A stretch of 64,000 nucleotides of DNA from Patescibacteria group bacterium (GTDB lineage Bacteria; Patescibacteriota; Microgenomatia; UBA1400; PJMF01). A program made the translations under genes and the position numbers. Below, piece by piece: positions 27,807 to 38,436 of this stretch. The stretch is taken from contig BOKX01000001.1 of the NCBI GenBank assembly GCA_016861205.1, positions 1,076,589-1,140,588 on the forward strand, given 5' to 3'. The first letter of the stretch is position 1; each line of letters opens with the position of its first letter. The notes beneath the pieces are model-generated. The model ran no database searches. It saw only the letters and a list, made by a program, of their open reading frames with translations, and was not told the origin of the DNA.

Positions 27807-28543
27807 TTCTCGTTCTCTTGATCAGAGATTTCGTAGCTACCCTTTTCCTCATCGAGGTCAGTGTCGAGCATTTGAACTGGGATGTTGTCTTCAAACAACA
27901 AATCTTGGTCAATATCATTAATTGTAGCTAAGTTAGACTTCACCAACGGGAATGAGTGTACGTCTTGGTTCTCATCTGAGCGGAATGTTTCGCGCAGGTA
28001 GACGCTGCAACTGTTACCGTTTGATGAGTAAACGTAACACTCGTATTGGTTGCCATGTTTCATCAGTTTGGTGAGGCGGAAAGATAAGTCTTCTGGCAGG
28101 GCTCCGATATAGGCCTTACCACTTTCAATTGAGATATAGCGATTTTTGGGTTTAAGCTCACAAAGTTGTCCAACTGATAGCTGATCAAGTACATTTTTGC
28201 CGGCTAGCCGGTGCAGGTCGATGATCTTAGTTTTACCTGGTTCTTCGATGAAGTATACGTGGTTGAAGTTGGGCGAAGTAGGAGCTTGGTTCGATTTTAG
28301 GCGAGCCAGATGTTTCTTGGCGATGGTGTTGGACTTGTCAATTTCGAGCACTTTTTGAAAACTGGTTTTAGCAGCCGAGCTTTCACCGAGCTGTAAATGA
28401 GCTACCCCTAAGCGATTGAGTGCCCCGACATCGGTCGGATTGAGTTCAATTAACTCAGTGTTAATTCTGACAGCTAGCGCCCAATCTTGCTGTTTAGCCG
28501 CGCTAATTGCTTGTTGTTGGAGTGAGTGGAATGTATTCATATG
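27803..28543 (-). CDS. TPR repeat-containing protein
   Basis: N-terminal TPR-like repeats (ALNRLGVAHLQLGESSAAKTSFQKVLEID) and an acidic C-terminal tail. The start was trimmed to MNTFHSL. Confidence 0.55.
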   Translation of the reverse strand, partial: HMNTFHSLQQQAISAAKQQDWALAVRINTELIELNPTDVGALNRLGVAHLQLGESSAAKTSFQKVLEIDKSNTIAKKHLARLKSNQAPTSPNFNHVYFIEEPGKTKIIDLHRLAGKNVLDQLSVGQLCELKPKNRYISIESGKAYIGALPEDLSFRLTKLMKHGNQYECYVYSSNGNSCSVYLRETFRSDENQDVHSFPLVKSNLATINDIDQDLLFEDNIPVQMLDTDLDEEKGSYEISDQENEN

Positions 28544-28607
28544 TAAATCGATATGCAAGGATACGCGGCCACCCTTCGCTTGTCAATGTGCGATATAATC
28601 AAGCCAT

Positions 28608-29171
28608 ATGTCAGGTCACAGCAAGTGGAACAATATCAAGCAGCGCAAAGGTGCAGCCGATGCCCAAAAGGCAAAGGTTTTTAGCTACATGGCAAAGGCG
28701 ATTCGGATAGCCGTCAAAGAAGGCAAGTCCGGTGACCCTAAATTTAATCCGACGTTGCGACTGGCTGTCGATAAGGCTCGCGCAGCTAACATGACCAAAG
28801 ATAAAATTCAGCGGGCTATTGATGCCGGTTTGGGTAAACGAGACGGCAAGACTATTTCTGAAATTGTTTACGAGGGCTATGGCCCAGGTGGGGTAGGCTT
28901 GCTGATTGTGACGATGACTGATAATCCCCAACGAACGAGTGCCGAGCTGCGGTCAACCCTGAGTAAGGCCGGTGGCAGTTTGGGTAGTCCGGGCTCAGTC
29001 CAGTTCTTGTTTACTCGAGAAGCGGATGGCAACTATGTGCCACAAATGCCGTTTGATGTTAGTGATCCAGCAACCGCAGCTCAGCTGACTGACTTAGTGG
29101 CTGATTTGCGCGATAATGAAGATGTTGATGATGTATATGCGGCTGCCACCTGGATAGAGCCGAGCGAGTAG
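28608..29171 (+). CDS. YebC/PmpR family DNA-binding regulatory protein (short variant)
   Basis: It starts MSGHSKWNNIKQRKGA, has EGYGPGGV, and ends DDVDDVYAAA. At 187 aa it is shorter than typical members, but both termini match. Confidence 0.75.
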   Translation: MSGHSKWNNIKQRKGAADAQKAKVFSYMAKAIRIAVKEGKSGDPKFNPTLRLAVDKARAANMTKDKIQRAIDAGLGKRDGKTISEIVYEGYGPGGVGLLIVTMTDNPQRTSAELRSTLSKAGGSLGSPGSVQFLFTREADGNYVPQMPFDVSDPATAAQLTDLVADLRDNEDVDDVYAAATWIEPSE

Positions 29172-29183
29172 AGTGATCTGATT

Positions 29184-29951
29184 ATGCGTCGACGAGAAAA
29201 ATTTGTAATCGCATCCATTTTGTTGAGTCTTGGTTTGCTGGCCATGCAGTACGTGTCACTGGAGTGGCGATACTTGGCAGTCGGGGTGCTGACCATGATT
29301 TCATTTGCGGTGTCAGGTTGGGCTTTGGCAGATGATTTGCAACGACATGAGTGGCTGACCATTGTGCCGTTTCCGGCTTTGTACACGATGGCGGTAGGAT
29401 TATTTTACTTTTTGTTACCAACAAACTTGGTAAGTAAATTTGCTATTTTAGCCTTGTTTTCAGTGGGCATGTACGGTCTGTACTTGACCTCAAATATTTT
29501 TTCGGTAGCGAAGGGGAGAACAATCCAGTTGTTGCACGCGGCTCATGCCATTGGTCTGCTGTTCACCTTACTGACTTCGCTGTTGTTTACGAATACCTTG
29601 TTTTCGCTGCGGTTTCCGTTTTACATCAATGGCTTGGGAATTGGGCTCGTGCATTTTCCATTGATTTTGATGTCATTATGGTCGGTTCAACTCGATAAAC
29701 GGTTGAGTGCCCAAGTAACCGGACTTACATCGTTGTTAACGTTGGTGCTAGTCGAGGTCGGCATCGTCATTTCGCTCTATCCGCTGTCAGCTTGGAACCA
29801 GGCGTTGTTTATCATGGCATTGGCCTATATTGGATTGGGAATTTTCCATAACTACCTCAAGGGGAGACTGTTTGCTAACACCTTGACGGAGTACTCATTG
29901 GTGGCTGTGTTTGTCGGAGCCATTTTTGTGTTGTTATTTCCAGGTAAATAA
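29184..29951 (+). CDS. hypothetical polytopic membrane protein
   Basis: A 255-aa ORF with at least seven hydrophobic helices. Confidence 0.5.
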   Translation: MRRREKFVIASILLSLGLLAMQYVSLEWRYLAVGVLTMISFAVSGWALADDLQRHEWLTIVPFPALYTMAVGLFYFLLPTNLVSKFAILALFSVGMYGLYLTSNIFSVAKGRTIQLLHAAHAIGLLFTLLTSLLFTNTLFSLRFPFYINGLGIGLVHFPLILMSLWSVQLDKRLSAQVTGLTSLLTLVLVEVGIVISLYPLSAWNQALFIMALAYIGLGIFHNYLKGRLFANTLTEYSLVAVFVGAIFVLLFPGK

Positions 29952-31638
29952 AAATCAGCTTTTGAAGCATCTTGGTCGTTTTTTTTAAACAAAAACGGAT
30001 TTTGTGGGCAGAAAAAAACTGTGTTGGCTGGACGAGGGGAGAGACCAGGCTAAAAAGGGGTAGATGATATAGTTTGATGCAGTATATCAAACTATATCAT
30101 GATTGTGGAAAACTTTCGTAAATTATAGGACATAATCTCGGGCTACCAGGCTAAAATAAATGTTTCACGCGTGAAAACAAATGTCAGGTTAACCAAACGC
30201 GACCAGGCAGTTTTCAGGCTGTCTCCTCTGGGGAGAGCAGCAGAAAAGAAAACCCGAATGCCTGTTTAGCCTGGTGCAAGAATAATTAGCCTGGTACCAG
30301 GCTACATAGTACGAGAGACCCAAGAGGGGTCAAAATGCCTGTCATCAGTGATGATGGGAATAGTCCAGATTAAATGCAGTGTGGCACACTGATTTCACCA
30401 GATAAAAAAACTGTGAGTTGGAAATTTCCTCGGTCTACTCCGTCGGGCGAGGGAGCAAGAATCAGAGCATAGATTATGTCGCACAATATTACTTTTACGA
30501 CATTAACTAAAAATACTCGAGGTAGGTCTGATTAGCTGTCTTGCCTTACAACTGGTTATTTTTGGTGCTGATTTTATCTGTATTATTCTTTTTGCTCTCA
30601 AATCAATCCATTTCCCCACATCTGTTAACTGTCTTTAAATCTGCCCGTTGTGACCAGATCTGACCAGGCTTGATTCTTGAGGGTGTCTCGCCTCTTCTTG
30701 GCCAACTTTAGCCTGGTGTAATCTGGAGAAGGGTGTGGTTACCAGCTTCAAATTGGCGGCAGAATAGATTTGAGCCACAACGACCGAGTTTTAGCTGGTT
30801 AGAGCTAACACACCAATGACCACTAGGTCGGATTTGAAATAAAAAGCCGATTTTGGGCGTTTAGGAGGCTTAATTTTTAGCCTGGAGATTTATATTAACA
30901 TTGATGTATCAATCTTTGATCGTTGGGGGTAAAAATTAGTTGAAAAGGCGGCGGTTGGGATTGGTCACCCAGGCATCAGTACGAGCTGCCAGACTAGGTA
31001 CACTGGTTGCAGCTAAGTACAGACATGTCATGTGACAGTTGGTTGCAATCTGTCACACCGCATAGTTTGTTTGTCCGTTTTGAGCGCCGAGCAAAACTCG
31101 ACCACCGTACAAGCCTGAACTCATAGCCATGAGGGATGTGTCTACAAACCAACCGCGGTGCCTTATGTCGCACAATTTTTTTGGCACTCGCCAATTTTTT
31201 GCCAAGCTAGCTGGCGATGCGTGTGTGCTACACATCGACATATGTACTAAGGTTGGTTTGTAATAGTAGCTAGCCTGTCCAAACCACTAGTACGGCGCTG
31301 TTTCATAATCGAATCGAAGTTCGAAGGGTGTTTTTTTGTTTTTTTAAAGTTGGTAAGCAACTGCCGAAACCATTCGGCCGTTATAGTGTACAGTTGACCT
31401 TTTTTTGCCTGGACTCAGTTTTAGGTTCGACCTTATTTTTTATTGATATATCAATCCCCACATCAAGATGATGGTTTTAGCAGAATTTAAGAAGTTCTGC
31501 CAAAGACTTATAGTATTTGAACTTGAGGTGATCTTGAGAGAGGTGGGTAGGGGGTGTGCCCTCCCCTGTCGCCGAACCAAGCTCAAAAGGTGAGCTTTCT
31601 GATATGGTTTTGGCGTAGCTGCATGATACCATGAAAGC
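29952..31638. other. 1.7-kb AT-rich non-coding island with repeated TTAGCCTGGT motifs, palindromes and direct repeats
   Basis: No ORF of 60 aa or more lies in 29952-30993, and only three short, implausible ones follow. The island is visibly lower in GC than its flanks. The individual repeats are listed in the findings. Confidence 0.6.
30287..30304. repeat. 18-bp perfect palindrome TAGCCTGGTACCAGGCTA
   Basis: Read directly from the sequence. It contains two back-to-back copies of the island's recurring TTAGCCTGGT motif. Confidence 0.7.
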
Positions 31639-32574
31639 ATGGCTGTCTCGACTAAACCTGCAGTAGCGTTAGTGACCTTTCTTGAGCATCTCGAGGTTGA
31701 GCGAAATGTCAGCCGACTGACGATTCGAAACTATGGTCACTATCTGCGCCGTTTTTGTGACTGGTTCGCAACACAAGGCGGTCAGGACCTCAAGACCCTT
31801 GATGCTGATGTGATTCGCCAGTATCGCGTCTACTTGGCTCGATATGTGGATGATCAAGGCAGGACACTTTCCAAGAAAACCCAGAGCTACTATGTGATTG
31901 CACTAAGATCTTGGCTCAAGTGGTTGACCAAGCAGGATGCTCCTGTGCTCAATCCAACTAAGATTGATCTGCCGAAAGCTGAGTCGCAATCAATGAAGTT
32001 TTTAAATGTTGAGCAGGTTGAACGGTTGTTGGCGCAACCAAAGTTGTCGAGTAAAACCGGACTGCGAGACAAGGCGCTACTAGAAGTCTTGTTTTCAACC
32101 GGATTACGGGTTAGTGAACTGGTGTCACTCAATCGGGATCAAGTTGATACTAGTCGTCGTGAGTTTGGAGTGATTGGAAAAGGTCGCCGACCACGGGTGG
32201 TTTTCTTAAGTGACCGGGCCGCTGATTGGGTTAACAAATGGTTAGCGAGTCGTGAAGATAATTGGAGACCGGTATTTATTCGGCTAAGTCGCAATAAACC
32301 TGATTTGCTCAGCGATGGTGAGGATATGCGTTTAACAACTCGCAGTGTGCAGAGGTTGGTAGATACATACTGTCGGCAAGCTCGGCTGCCCGTCAAAATT
32401 AGTCCGCACGGTTTGCGGCACAGTTTTGCCACTGATCTTCTGTCGAACGGAGCTGGTCTGCGCGACGTGCAAGAAATGCTCGGTCACAAGAGTATTGCTA
32501 CCACCCAAATTTATACGCATGTCACCCGGCCACAACTTCGCAAGATTCATGGTGAGTACCATAGCAAACTATGA
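31639..32574 (+). CDS. site-specific tyrosine recombinase, XerC/XerD family
   Basis: The N-terminal core-binding domain resembles XerD. Catalytic motifs LLEVLFSTGLRVSELVSL and HGLRHSFAT...LGHKSIATTQIYTHV carry the conserved R..H..R.Y residues. Confidence 0.85.
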   Translation: MAVSTKPAVALVTFLEHLEVERNVSRLTIRNYGHYLRRFCDWFATQGGQDLKTLDADVIRQYRVYLARYVDDQGRTLSKKTQSYYVIALRSWLKWLTKQDAPVLNPTKIDLPKAESQSMKFLNVEQVERLLAQPKLSSKTGLRDKALLEVLFSTGLRVSELVSLNRDQVDTSRREFGVIGKGRRPRVVFLSDRAADWVNKWLASREDNWRPVFIRLSRNKPDLLSDGEDMRLTTRSVQRLVDTYCRQARLPVKISPHGLRHSFATDLLSNGAGLRDVQEMLGHKSIATTQIYTHVTRPQLRKIHGEYHSKL

Positions 32575-32842
32575 TTTTTTGTTTAATACAGTTGTTTTCT
32601 GTATCATATTAAATTGGCAGTCATCGTCCAATATTGCTAGGATTGAAGATCCAAAATAAAGATTGATCTATAGATATAAAAATAGGCATCGTTTTTTGTC
32701 CTTCTCTCCCCTCTTTTTTAGCCACCAAACTATATCAATTTTTATCAAAACATATTTTTAACGTGCTTTATATGTCGAATAACTATAGATGGGTCGAGAC
32801 AGTGTGTGTAACGTGTGATAAAATAAATCTCTTAAAATCAGT

Positions 32843-32916
32843 GGGCCGATAGCTCAGTTGGCTAGAGCGCCTGCATGGCATGCAGGAGGCCAGGGGTTCG
32901 AGTCCCCTTCGGTCCA
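32843..32916 (+). tRNA. tRNA-Ala (anticodon GGC), CCA encoded at 32917-32919
   Basis: GGGCCGA acceptor stem with a G3:U70 wobble, D-arm GCTC/GAGC, anticodon loop ATGGCAT, T-arm AGGGG-TTCGAGT-CCCCT, and discriminator A followed by CCA. Confidence 0.85.
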
Positions 32917-32939
32917 CCAGATATATCCCCTGATTTTTT

Positions 32940-34163
32940 TCAATTGGTTGGTAGTGAGCTGATAACTTGGTCGAGTTGTGCCAAGCTTGTGGCAGTCAGG
33001 AATGGTTGCAGTGTTCGGTGATTCCGGGCGGAAAACTTACGGCGTAATGAGATGTTGCTCGCCAGCTGTCTGAGTTTTTTTGCTAGATCATTGGCCCGAT
33101 GAGGTGTAAAAAGTAAGCCAGTAGTGACGCCATCGACCACCTCAAGTTGTGGGCCGAATCGAGATGTGATGACGGGTAAACCAGCTGCCATCGCCTCAAT
33201 GGTAGTCATCCCAAAGCCATCTAGTTCCCACGCGCGAGTAAAAACAAACACCTGGCTGGCTGCCAGCAGGCTAAATTTCTCAGTTTCACTAACAAAACCA
33301 GCCCAGGTAAGGTGATCTTGAATTCCCAGCTGATTGGCCAGACGCTGATACTGTTGTCGTTCTGGACCGTCGCCAATGATTACAACCTGGATTTTGCCGA
33401 GCGTTTGGTCGCGCTTGAGTTTGGCTACGGCATGAAGTAGTACTTCAAGTTCGTTTTCATTTGCCAACCGCCCTACCCAAGCTACTACCAGCTTGTGGTC
33501 AAGTTGGTGATCACGTAGCCAGCTCTGACCTTGTTTGTGCCACTGTTGCAGCTGATTCAGACTGGGCACTGACACGTTGGGATAAACAAGCGTGATTTTA
33601 TTGGCCGGCAAGCCGGCTCGCACCATACTTTTGAGGGTGAAGCGCGAGGTTGTGACCAAGTGATTGGGCAGGTGTTGAACCCGACGGTACAACCAGCGTG
33701 GGAAGCCCCAGTTTTTGGCAAAAGTTGGTTCCAGCGGGCCAATCTCGATCCAAACCAGATGACAGCCTAACCACTTAGCCAGCGGTGAGAATACGAGTCG
33801 ATCAGAAAATCCAGCCCAGTAACAGACAATCGTGCGGTGCTCTTGTTTGAGATGACGTAGCTGGTGCCAGCACCACCAGAGAGCAGCCGGAACCGACCAG
33901 AAAAACTTGAGTAATCCTTTCCAGTTGCCAATGGCATCCAAGAGATAAGGGGCATCGATAACGTTGAAGTTTGAGAGCTGACGCTGTTTAATCCGGTCAT
34001 TAAAAATGCTTTTGACTTGGGTATTGTTGCTGGCTACCACGACTGGGTGGCCGCAGCGGTTTAAATGCTCAAGATGAGCCCAGAGATACTGCTCTGCTCC
34101 ACCGAAGGCCGGTGAGTCAAGTAAGCTGAAAATGAGCGGTCGTGGTGCGTGATGACGAGGCAT
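32940..34163 (-). CDS. glycosyltransferase family 4 protein
   Basis: It has the GT-B fold with a C-terminal EX7E-type motif region (FGMTTIEAMAAGLPVITS). The protein is 407 aa. Confidence 0.75.
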   Translation of the reverse strand: MPRHHAPRPLIFSLLDSPAFGGAEQYLWAHLEHLNRCGHPVVVASNNTQVKSIFNDRIKQRQLSNFNVIDAPYLLDAIGNWKGLLKFFWSVPAALWWCWHQLRHLKQEHRTIVCYWAGFSDRLVFSPLAKWLGCHLVWIEIGPLEPTFAKNWGFPRWLYRRVQHLPNHLVTTSRFTLKSMVRAGLPANKITLVYPNVSVPSLNQLQQWHKQGQSWLRDHQLDHKLVVAWVGRLANENELEVLLHAVAKLKRDQTLGKIQVVIIGDGPERQQYQRLANQLGIQDHLTWAGFVSETEKFSLLAASQVFVFTRAWELDGFGMTTIEAMAAGLPVITSRFGPQLEVVDGVTTGLLFTPHRANDLAKKLRQLASNISLRRKFSARNHRTLQPFLTATSLAQLDQVISSLPTN

Positions 34164-34166
34164 ACA

Positions 34167-35354
34167 TTAGGTGGTGGGCCGCGAGCCGAAAACCTCAGCC
34201 AAAGTTCGGAGTTCGGCAGTCGTAAGCTCAGGATTATTCCCAAAATAAAAACCTTGGCGGTGAATCAGTTTGGCGTTGGGGGTTGGGAGCCAATACTTGG
34301 CTGGCACGTACTTTTTGAAAAAAGGCTGATCAACCATGTTGCCACCGACGATAGGTCGAATCTCAACTCGACGAGCGCAGCGTTTGACCAAGGCGGCCCG
34401 GTCAGCTGGATTTTGGCAGATCAATGGCACTGCAAAGTTTGATACCTTGTCGAGATGATCAAAGCGAAGCTGGTGGTATTGGGGCAAGGTGTAGAGACGT
34501 TTAGCTAACCAAGTAAAATTGCGCTCTCGCTTGGTACAGATTTCGTCAGCAAACTGTAACTGGAACTGGCCTAAGAAACCAGCTAGCTCAGTCGGGCGTA
34601 AGTTGTAACCCAGGTCGTAAAACGTGTAGCGGGAGTAAAACGACGAGTTTACTTTGAACTGCGACCGAACTTTGGCTTGATCAGCTTCAGCTAGATTCCG
34701 ATCCCAGCCGTGGGCTCGCACAATGCGCAACATCACAGCTAGTTCTTCATCATTTGTACAGATCATGCCACCTTCAATGGTCGACATGTGATGGCCAACA
34801 TAAAAAGAAAATGTACTGGCCAGGCCAAAGTTGCCTAGTTTTTTACCTTGATAGACACTACCCATGGCTTCGCAGGTATCTTCCAGCAGAATGAGGTTGC
34901 GATCTTGGCAAAGTTTGGCGATGCCCGCCATGTCATCACAAAAACCCAGTAAGTGAGTGATAAACACTGCTTTGAGGGGGATTTTTGTGAGGGTTTTTTC
35001 CAACTGCTGGGGTGAAATGTTGAGCGTATCCAACTCCACGTCGATAGGGACGGGGTTGAGTCCCAACTGAATGAGTGGCATGACATTGGTTGACCAAGTC
35101 ACGGCTGAGAAGCCTACCGCATCACCTTTTTTTAGTCTGCCGAGATTGAGTAATGCTTGAATGATCGCCAGGTTTGCAGAACTGCCGCTGTTGACGAAAA
35201 CAGCCTGCTGGGTGCCCTGCCACTTGGCGAACGCAGTCTCAAAGCCTTGACAGTGCGTGTTGAAACTCAGGATGGGGGCTTGACCCAGAAACTGTTTTAA
35301 CGCTCGGGTGGTAGTCGCTTCGCGATAAAAAGTAGATTTAATGAGTTTGATCAT
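34167..35354 (-). CDS. DegT/DnrJ/EryC1/StrS family sugar aminotransferase
   Basis: It has the PLP-fold with the lysine region [17 protein letters not shown]. The gene overlaps the gyrA stop by 4 nt. Confidence 0.85.
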   Translation of the reverse strand: MIKLIKSTFYREATTTRALKQFLGQAPILSFNTHCQGFETAFAKWQGTQQAVFVNSGSSANLAIIQALLNLGRLKKGDAVGFSAVTWSTNVMPLIQLGLNPVPIDVELDTLNISPQQLEKTLTKIPLKAVFITHLLGFCDDMAGIAKLCQDRNLILLEDTCEAMGSVYQGKKLGNFGLASTFSFYVGHHMSTIEGGMICTNDEELAVMLRIVRAHGWDRNLAEADQAKVRSQFKVNSSFYSRYTFYDLGYNLRPTELAGFLGQFQLQFADEICTKRERNFTWLAKRLYTLPQYHQLRFDHLDKVSNFAVPLICQNPADRAALVKRCARRVEIRPIVGGNMVDQPFFKKYVPAKYWLPTPNAKLIHRQGFYFGNNPELTTAELRTLAEVFGSRPTT

Positions 35355-38101
35355 TCTTTGTAGGTCAACGCCACTGCAGCCACTTTGCTACCTGGCTTGA
35401 GCCGCATTAAAATCACACCTTGAGTTGGTCGTGTTAGGACCGGAATTGACTCAGGGGTGATGGGCAGTTTGATGGTCTGACCGTCGGTAGTGGTGATTAC
35501 AACTTCATTGTGCTCGTGTGTGACTGTCCGGGCACTTGAGATTTGGCCGGTCCGCTTGGTGATTTCAGACACCTTTACTCCCATGCCAGAGCGTTTTTGA
35601 AGTGGGTACTCACTCAACGCTGTGCGCTTGCCAAGACCATTTTCAGTCACGACCAATAGATGTTTGAAGTGATCGGCTGTTTGTTTATTTTCAGCCACCT
35701 CTGCCGGGGTAAATGCTTCAACGCCAACCACGTAGTCACCTTGGCGCAAAGTGATCCCTTTGACACCTTTGGTGTCACGGTTGGAGGCTTTAACTTCTTC
35801 TTCAGTAAAGCAGATTGACTTGCCTTGGAACGTGATCAGCATGATGTGGTCATGGCCAGTGGTGAGTTGACCCCAAACCAACTGGTCACCATCATTCAGA
35901 CTGATGGCCACAATGCCGTTCTGGCGAATGTTTTGGTACAACTTGACGGCGGTTTTCTTGATCAAACCATCGCGGGTGGCCAAGGTAATGAACTTGTCTT
36001 GGTCGGCGTTTTCATCGAGGACCAGCATGGCTTGGACGTTCTCGTTCGGTTTCAGGTTAACCAAGTTGACCACGGCTGTGCCTTTCGCTTGTCGACTGGT
36101 GTCTGGCAGTTCGAAAACGCGGAGTTTAAAGACTCGACCTTGGTTGGTGAACAATAACAAGGTGTCATGGGTGTTGGCGGTTAGCAGCGAAGCGACGGCA
36201 TCTTCATCACGCATCTTGAGACCAGTCATACCTTTGCCTCCCCTACCCTGCGAGCGGAACTGACCGGGGCTCAAGCGTTTGATGTAGCCGGTGGCAGTTA
36301 AGGTGATGACCGTTTCTTCATTTGCGACCAGGTCTTCTTCTGAGAACTCGCCGGCTTTGCCTTTGACCAGTTTGGTGCGACGATCGTCACCATATTGAGT
36401 AATCAGATCTTCTGTCTCTTGTGTGATCACCCCAAGAATTGCTTGTGGGCTTTCCAACAGTGTCAAAAGGCGGTCGATGGTTTGCTTGATGGCCTTGAAC
36501 TCATCCTCGATTTTTTGACGTTCGAGGGCGGCCAAGCGCTTGAGTTGCATATCGAGAATAGCGACCGCTTGGACTTCAGACAAACCAAACTTGCTCATCA
36601 AGGCTGCTTTGGCAGTTTCAGTGTCGGCTGATCGGCGGATGGTTTCGATCACATCATCTAAGTTATTGAGCGCAATCAACAAACCCTCGAGGATATGGGC
36701 GCGGTCACGAGCTTCACTCAACTCAAACTGGCTGCGACGGACGACCACCAGCTGTCGGTGAGCGACATACTCGCGCAAGATCTGCTTGATGTTCATGAGT
36801 TGCGGAGTGCCTTCACTGTTGAGGGCCACCATGTTCATGGCAAAACTAGTTTGGAGTTCGGTGTACTTGAACAGTTTGTTCAAGACAACCTTTGGCATAG
36901 CGTCACGCTTGAGATCAATGGTGATCTGGAGACCCGTCCGGTCTGAGTCGTCGTTAAGATCGCGAATGCCAACCAACTTTTTGTCACGAACTAGGTCGGC
37001 AATTTTCATCAGCAGCCGAGCTTTGTTTACTTGGTATGGCAACTCAGTGACGATGATTTGGAAGCCACCTTTTTTGGTTTCTTCGATGGATGTTTTAGCG
37101 CGGACGACGACTTTGCCTTTGCCTGTCTGGTACGCTTCTTTAATACTCTTGAAGTCATACATGATGCCACCAGTTGGAAAGTCTGGCCCTTGGATGTGCG
37201 TCATGATGTCGTCAAAAGTGATTTCGGTACTGAATTCACCAGCTAGCTGGGTGGGTGGTGTGGCTAGGACGCGGTCGATGTGATGAGTTAAGGTTTCAGT
37301 TACCGCCTTTGAGGTGGTGCTAGCTGATTTGGATTGATCGGCAGGTTCGGTAGCGGCTGGCGCTTCAAAAGGCTTGAGTTCCGCCTTACCAGCTTTGATC
37401 ATAGCAATGATGGCGTGACAGACTTCAGTTAAATTATGAGGCGGAATCTTGGTGGCCATACCTACCGCAATACCTTCTGATCCCATCAGGAGCAGATTTG
37501 GCAAACGACCAGGCAGAACAGTTGGTTCTTGTAGCGAGCCGTCAAAGTTGTCGACGAACTCAACGGTGTTTTTGTTGAGGTCAAGCAAAAGTTCTTGGGT
37601 AATTTTGCCGAGCCGAGCCTCGGTGTAACGCATAGCGGCTGGGCTGTCGCCATCGATAGAGCCAAAGTTACCTTGCCCATCGATTAACAAGTAGCGCATG
37701 CTAAAGTCTTGGGCTAAACGGACCAAGGCCATGTACACGGCTGAGTCACCGTGCGGGTGATACCGACCAAGCACGTCACCGACAATACGAGCTGACTTCT
37801 TGTAGCCACTGGTGTGGTGAATACCGCTCTTGTACATGGAGTACAAAATCCGGCGGTGTACTGGCTTGAGGCCATCGCGCACATCTGGCAAGGCCCGAGC
37901 CACGATAACACTCATGGCGTAGTCGAGATAACTCTTCTCCATCTCTGAGACAATCGAGATGTACTTGAGTTTGCCAAACTTGGTTTCTTCGATGGTGCCG
38001 ATCGCAACTTCTGACTCGGAGTTCACCACCGCAGATTCAGACACCTCAGTTTCTGGGGTTTCAGTTGTTTCGACTGGTGGGGTTAGTTCAGTATCAGTCA
38101 T
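35351..38101 (-). CDS. gyrA: DNA gyrase subunit A
   Basis: It has [27 protein letters not shown], the active-site region, GPDFPTGG, and C-terminal beta-pinwheel repeats. It also carries a roughly 35-aa acidic N-terminal extension and a roughly 55-aa low-complexity insertion before GPDFPTGG. Confidence 0.9.
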   Translation of the reverse strand: MTDTELTPPVETTETPETEVSESAVVNSESEVAIGTIEETKFGKLKYISIVSEMEKSYLDYAMSVIVARALPDVRDGLKPVHRRILYSMYKSGIHHTSGYKKSARIVGDVLGRYHPHGDSAVYMALVRLAQDFSMRYLLIDGQGNFGSIDGDSPAAMRYTEARLGKITQELLLDLNKNTVEFVDNFDGSLQEPTVLPGRLPNLLLMGSEGIAVGMATKIPPHNLTEVCHAIIAMIKAGKAELKPFEAPAATEPADQSKSASTTSKAVTETLTHHIDRVLATPPTQLAGEFSTEITFDDIMTHIQGPDFPTGGIMYDFKSIKEAYQTGKGKVVVRAKTSIEETKKGGFQIIVTELPYQVNKARLLMKIADLVRDKKLVGIRDLNDDSDRTGLQITIDLKRDAMPKVVLNKLFKYTELQTSFAMNMVALNSEGTPQLMNIKQILREYVAHRQLVVVRRSQFELSEARDRAHILEGLLIALNNLDDVIETIRRSADTETAKAALMSKFGLSEVQAVAILDMQLKRLAALERQKIEDEFKAIKQTIDRLLTLLESPQAILGVITQETEDLITQYGDDRRTKLVKGKAGEFSEEDLVANEETVITLTATGYIKRLSPGQFRSQGRGGKGMTGLKMRDEDAVASLLTANTHDTLLLFTNQGRVFKLRVFELPDTSRQAKGTAVVNLVNLKPNENVQAMLVLDENADQDKFITLATRDGLIKKTAVKLYQNIRQNGIVAISLNDGDQLVWGQLTTGHDHIMLITFQGKSICFTEEEVKASNRDTKGVKGITLRQGDYVVGVEAFTPAEVAENKQTADHFKHLLVVTENGLGKRTALSEYPLQKRSGMGVKVSEITKRTGQISSARTVTHEHNEVVITTTDGQTIKLPITPESIPVLTRPTQGVILMRLKPGSKVAAVALTYKE

Positions 38102-38109
38102 GATTACAC

Positions 38110-38418
38110 CTATCTAGACAAACCTTGTAACGCGAGAGACATAGGGCTGTTGGCTTTCCAGCGAAGCTCAGCATTTGGGGCTTTCTGGGTAGCTTGGGCG
38201 GCCAAATCACGCATGAACAGGTGATCATGCTGATGGTTATCGAGTTTGTGCTGGGTCGCATGGTCAAGCACAGTAAACCACGGACTGGTTTCCAGTTGGG
38301 TTGACGGTGTCAAAGCTAAAACCGCTTGAAGGATTGTTTCAGGTCTTTGATCGGCAGTCACTTCAATCGATTCCAACAACTGCTGGTAGCTAACTCGGCC
38401 ATTTTCCATAGGTCTCAA
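38110..38418 (-). CDS. hypothetical protein
   Basis: A 102-aa ORF between ppa and gyrA on the same strand. Confidence 0.4.
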   Translation of the reverse strand: MRPMENGRVSYQQLLESIEVTADQRPETILQAVLALTPSTQLETSPWFTVLDHATQHKLDNHQHDHLFMRDLAAQATQKAPNAELRWKANSPMSLALQGLSR

Positions 38419-38436
38419 GTCTTTCTAACTGGGCGC

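Noticed and set aside
29952-31638. Replication origin (DnaA boxes) in the non-coding island
   Set aside because: Only weak DnaA-box-like words (TCCCCACATC twice) are present, with no dnaA/dnaN nearby. TTAGCCTGG matches TTATCCACA at only 5 of 9 positions. This is not supportable without a whole-genome skew analysis.
31639-32574. Calling the tyrosine recombinase a phage/ICE integrase next to tRNA-Ala
   Set aside because: Its catalytic-domain motifs align best with housekeeping XerC/XerD. The gene to the right of the tRNA is a core-type operon (GT, DegT, gyrA), so no prophage body is visible. It is kept as XerC/D-family, with the island flagged separately.
30087-32726. 12-mer CAAACTATATCA direct repeat (30087-30098 and 32715-32726) as att-like boundaries of a 2.6-kb recombinase-carrying element
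   Set aside because: A 12-mer exact repeat is expected many times by chance in a 64-kb AT-biased window, so this is insufficient evidence for element boundaries.
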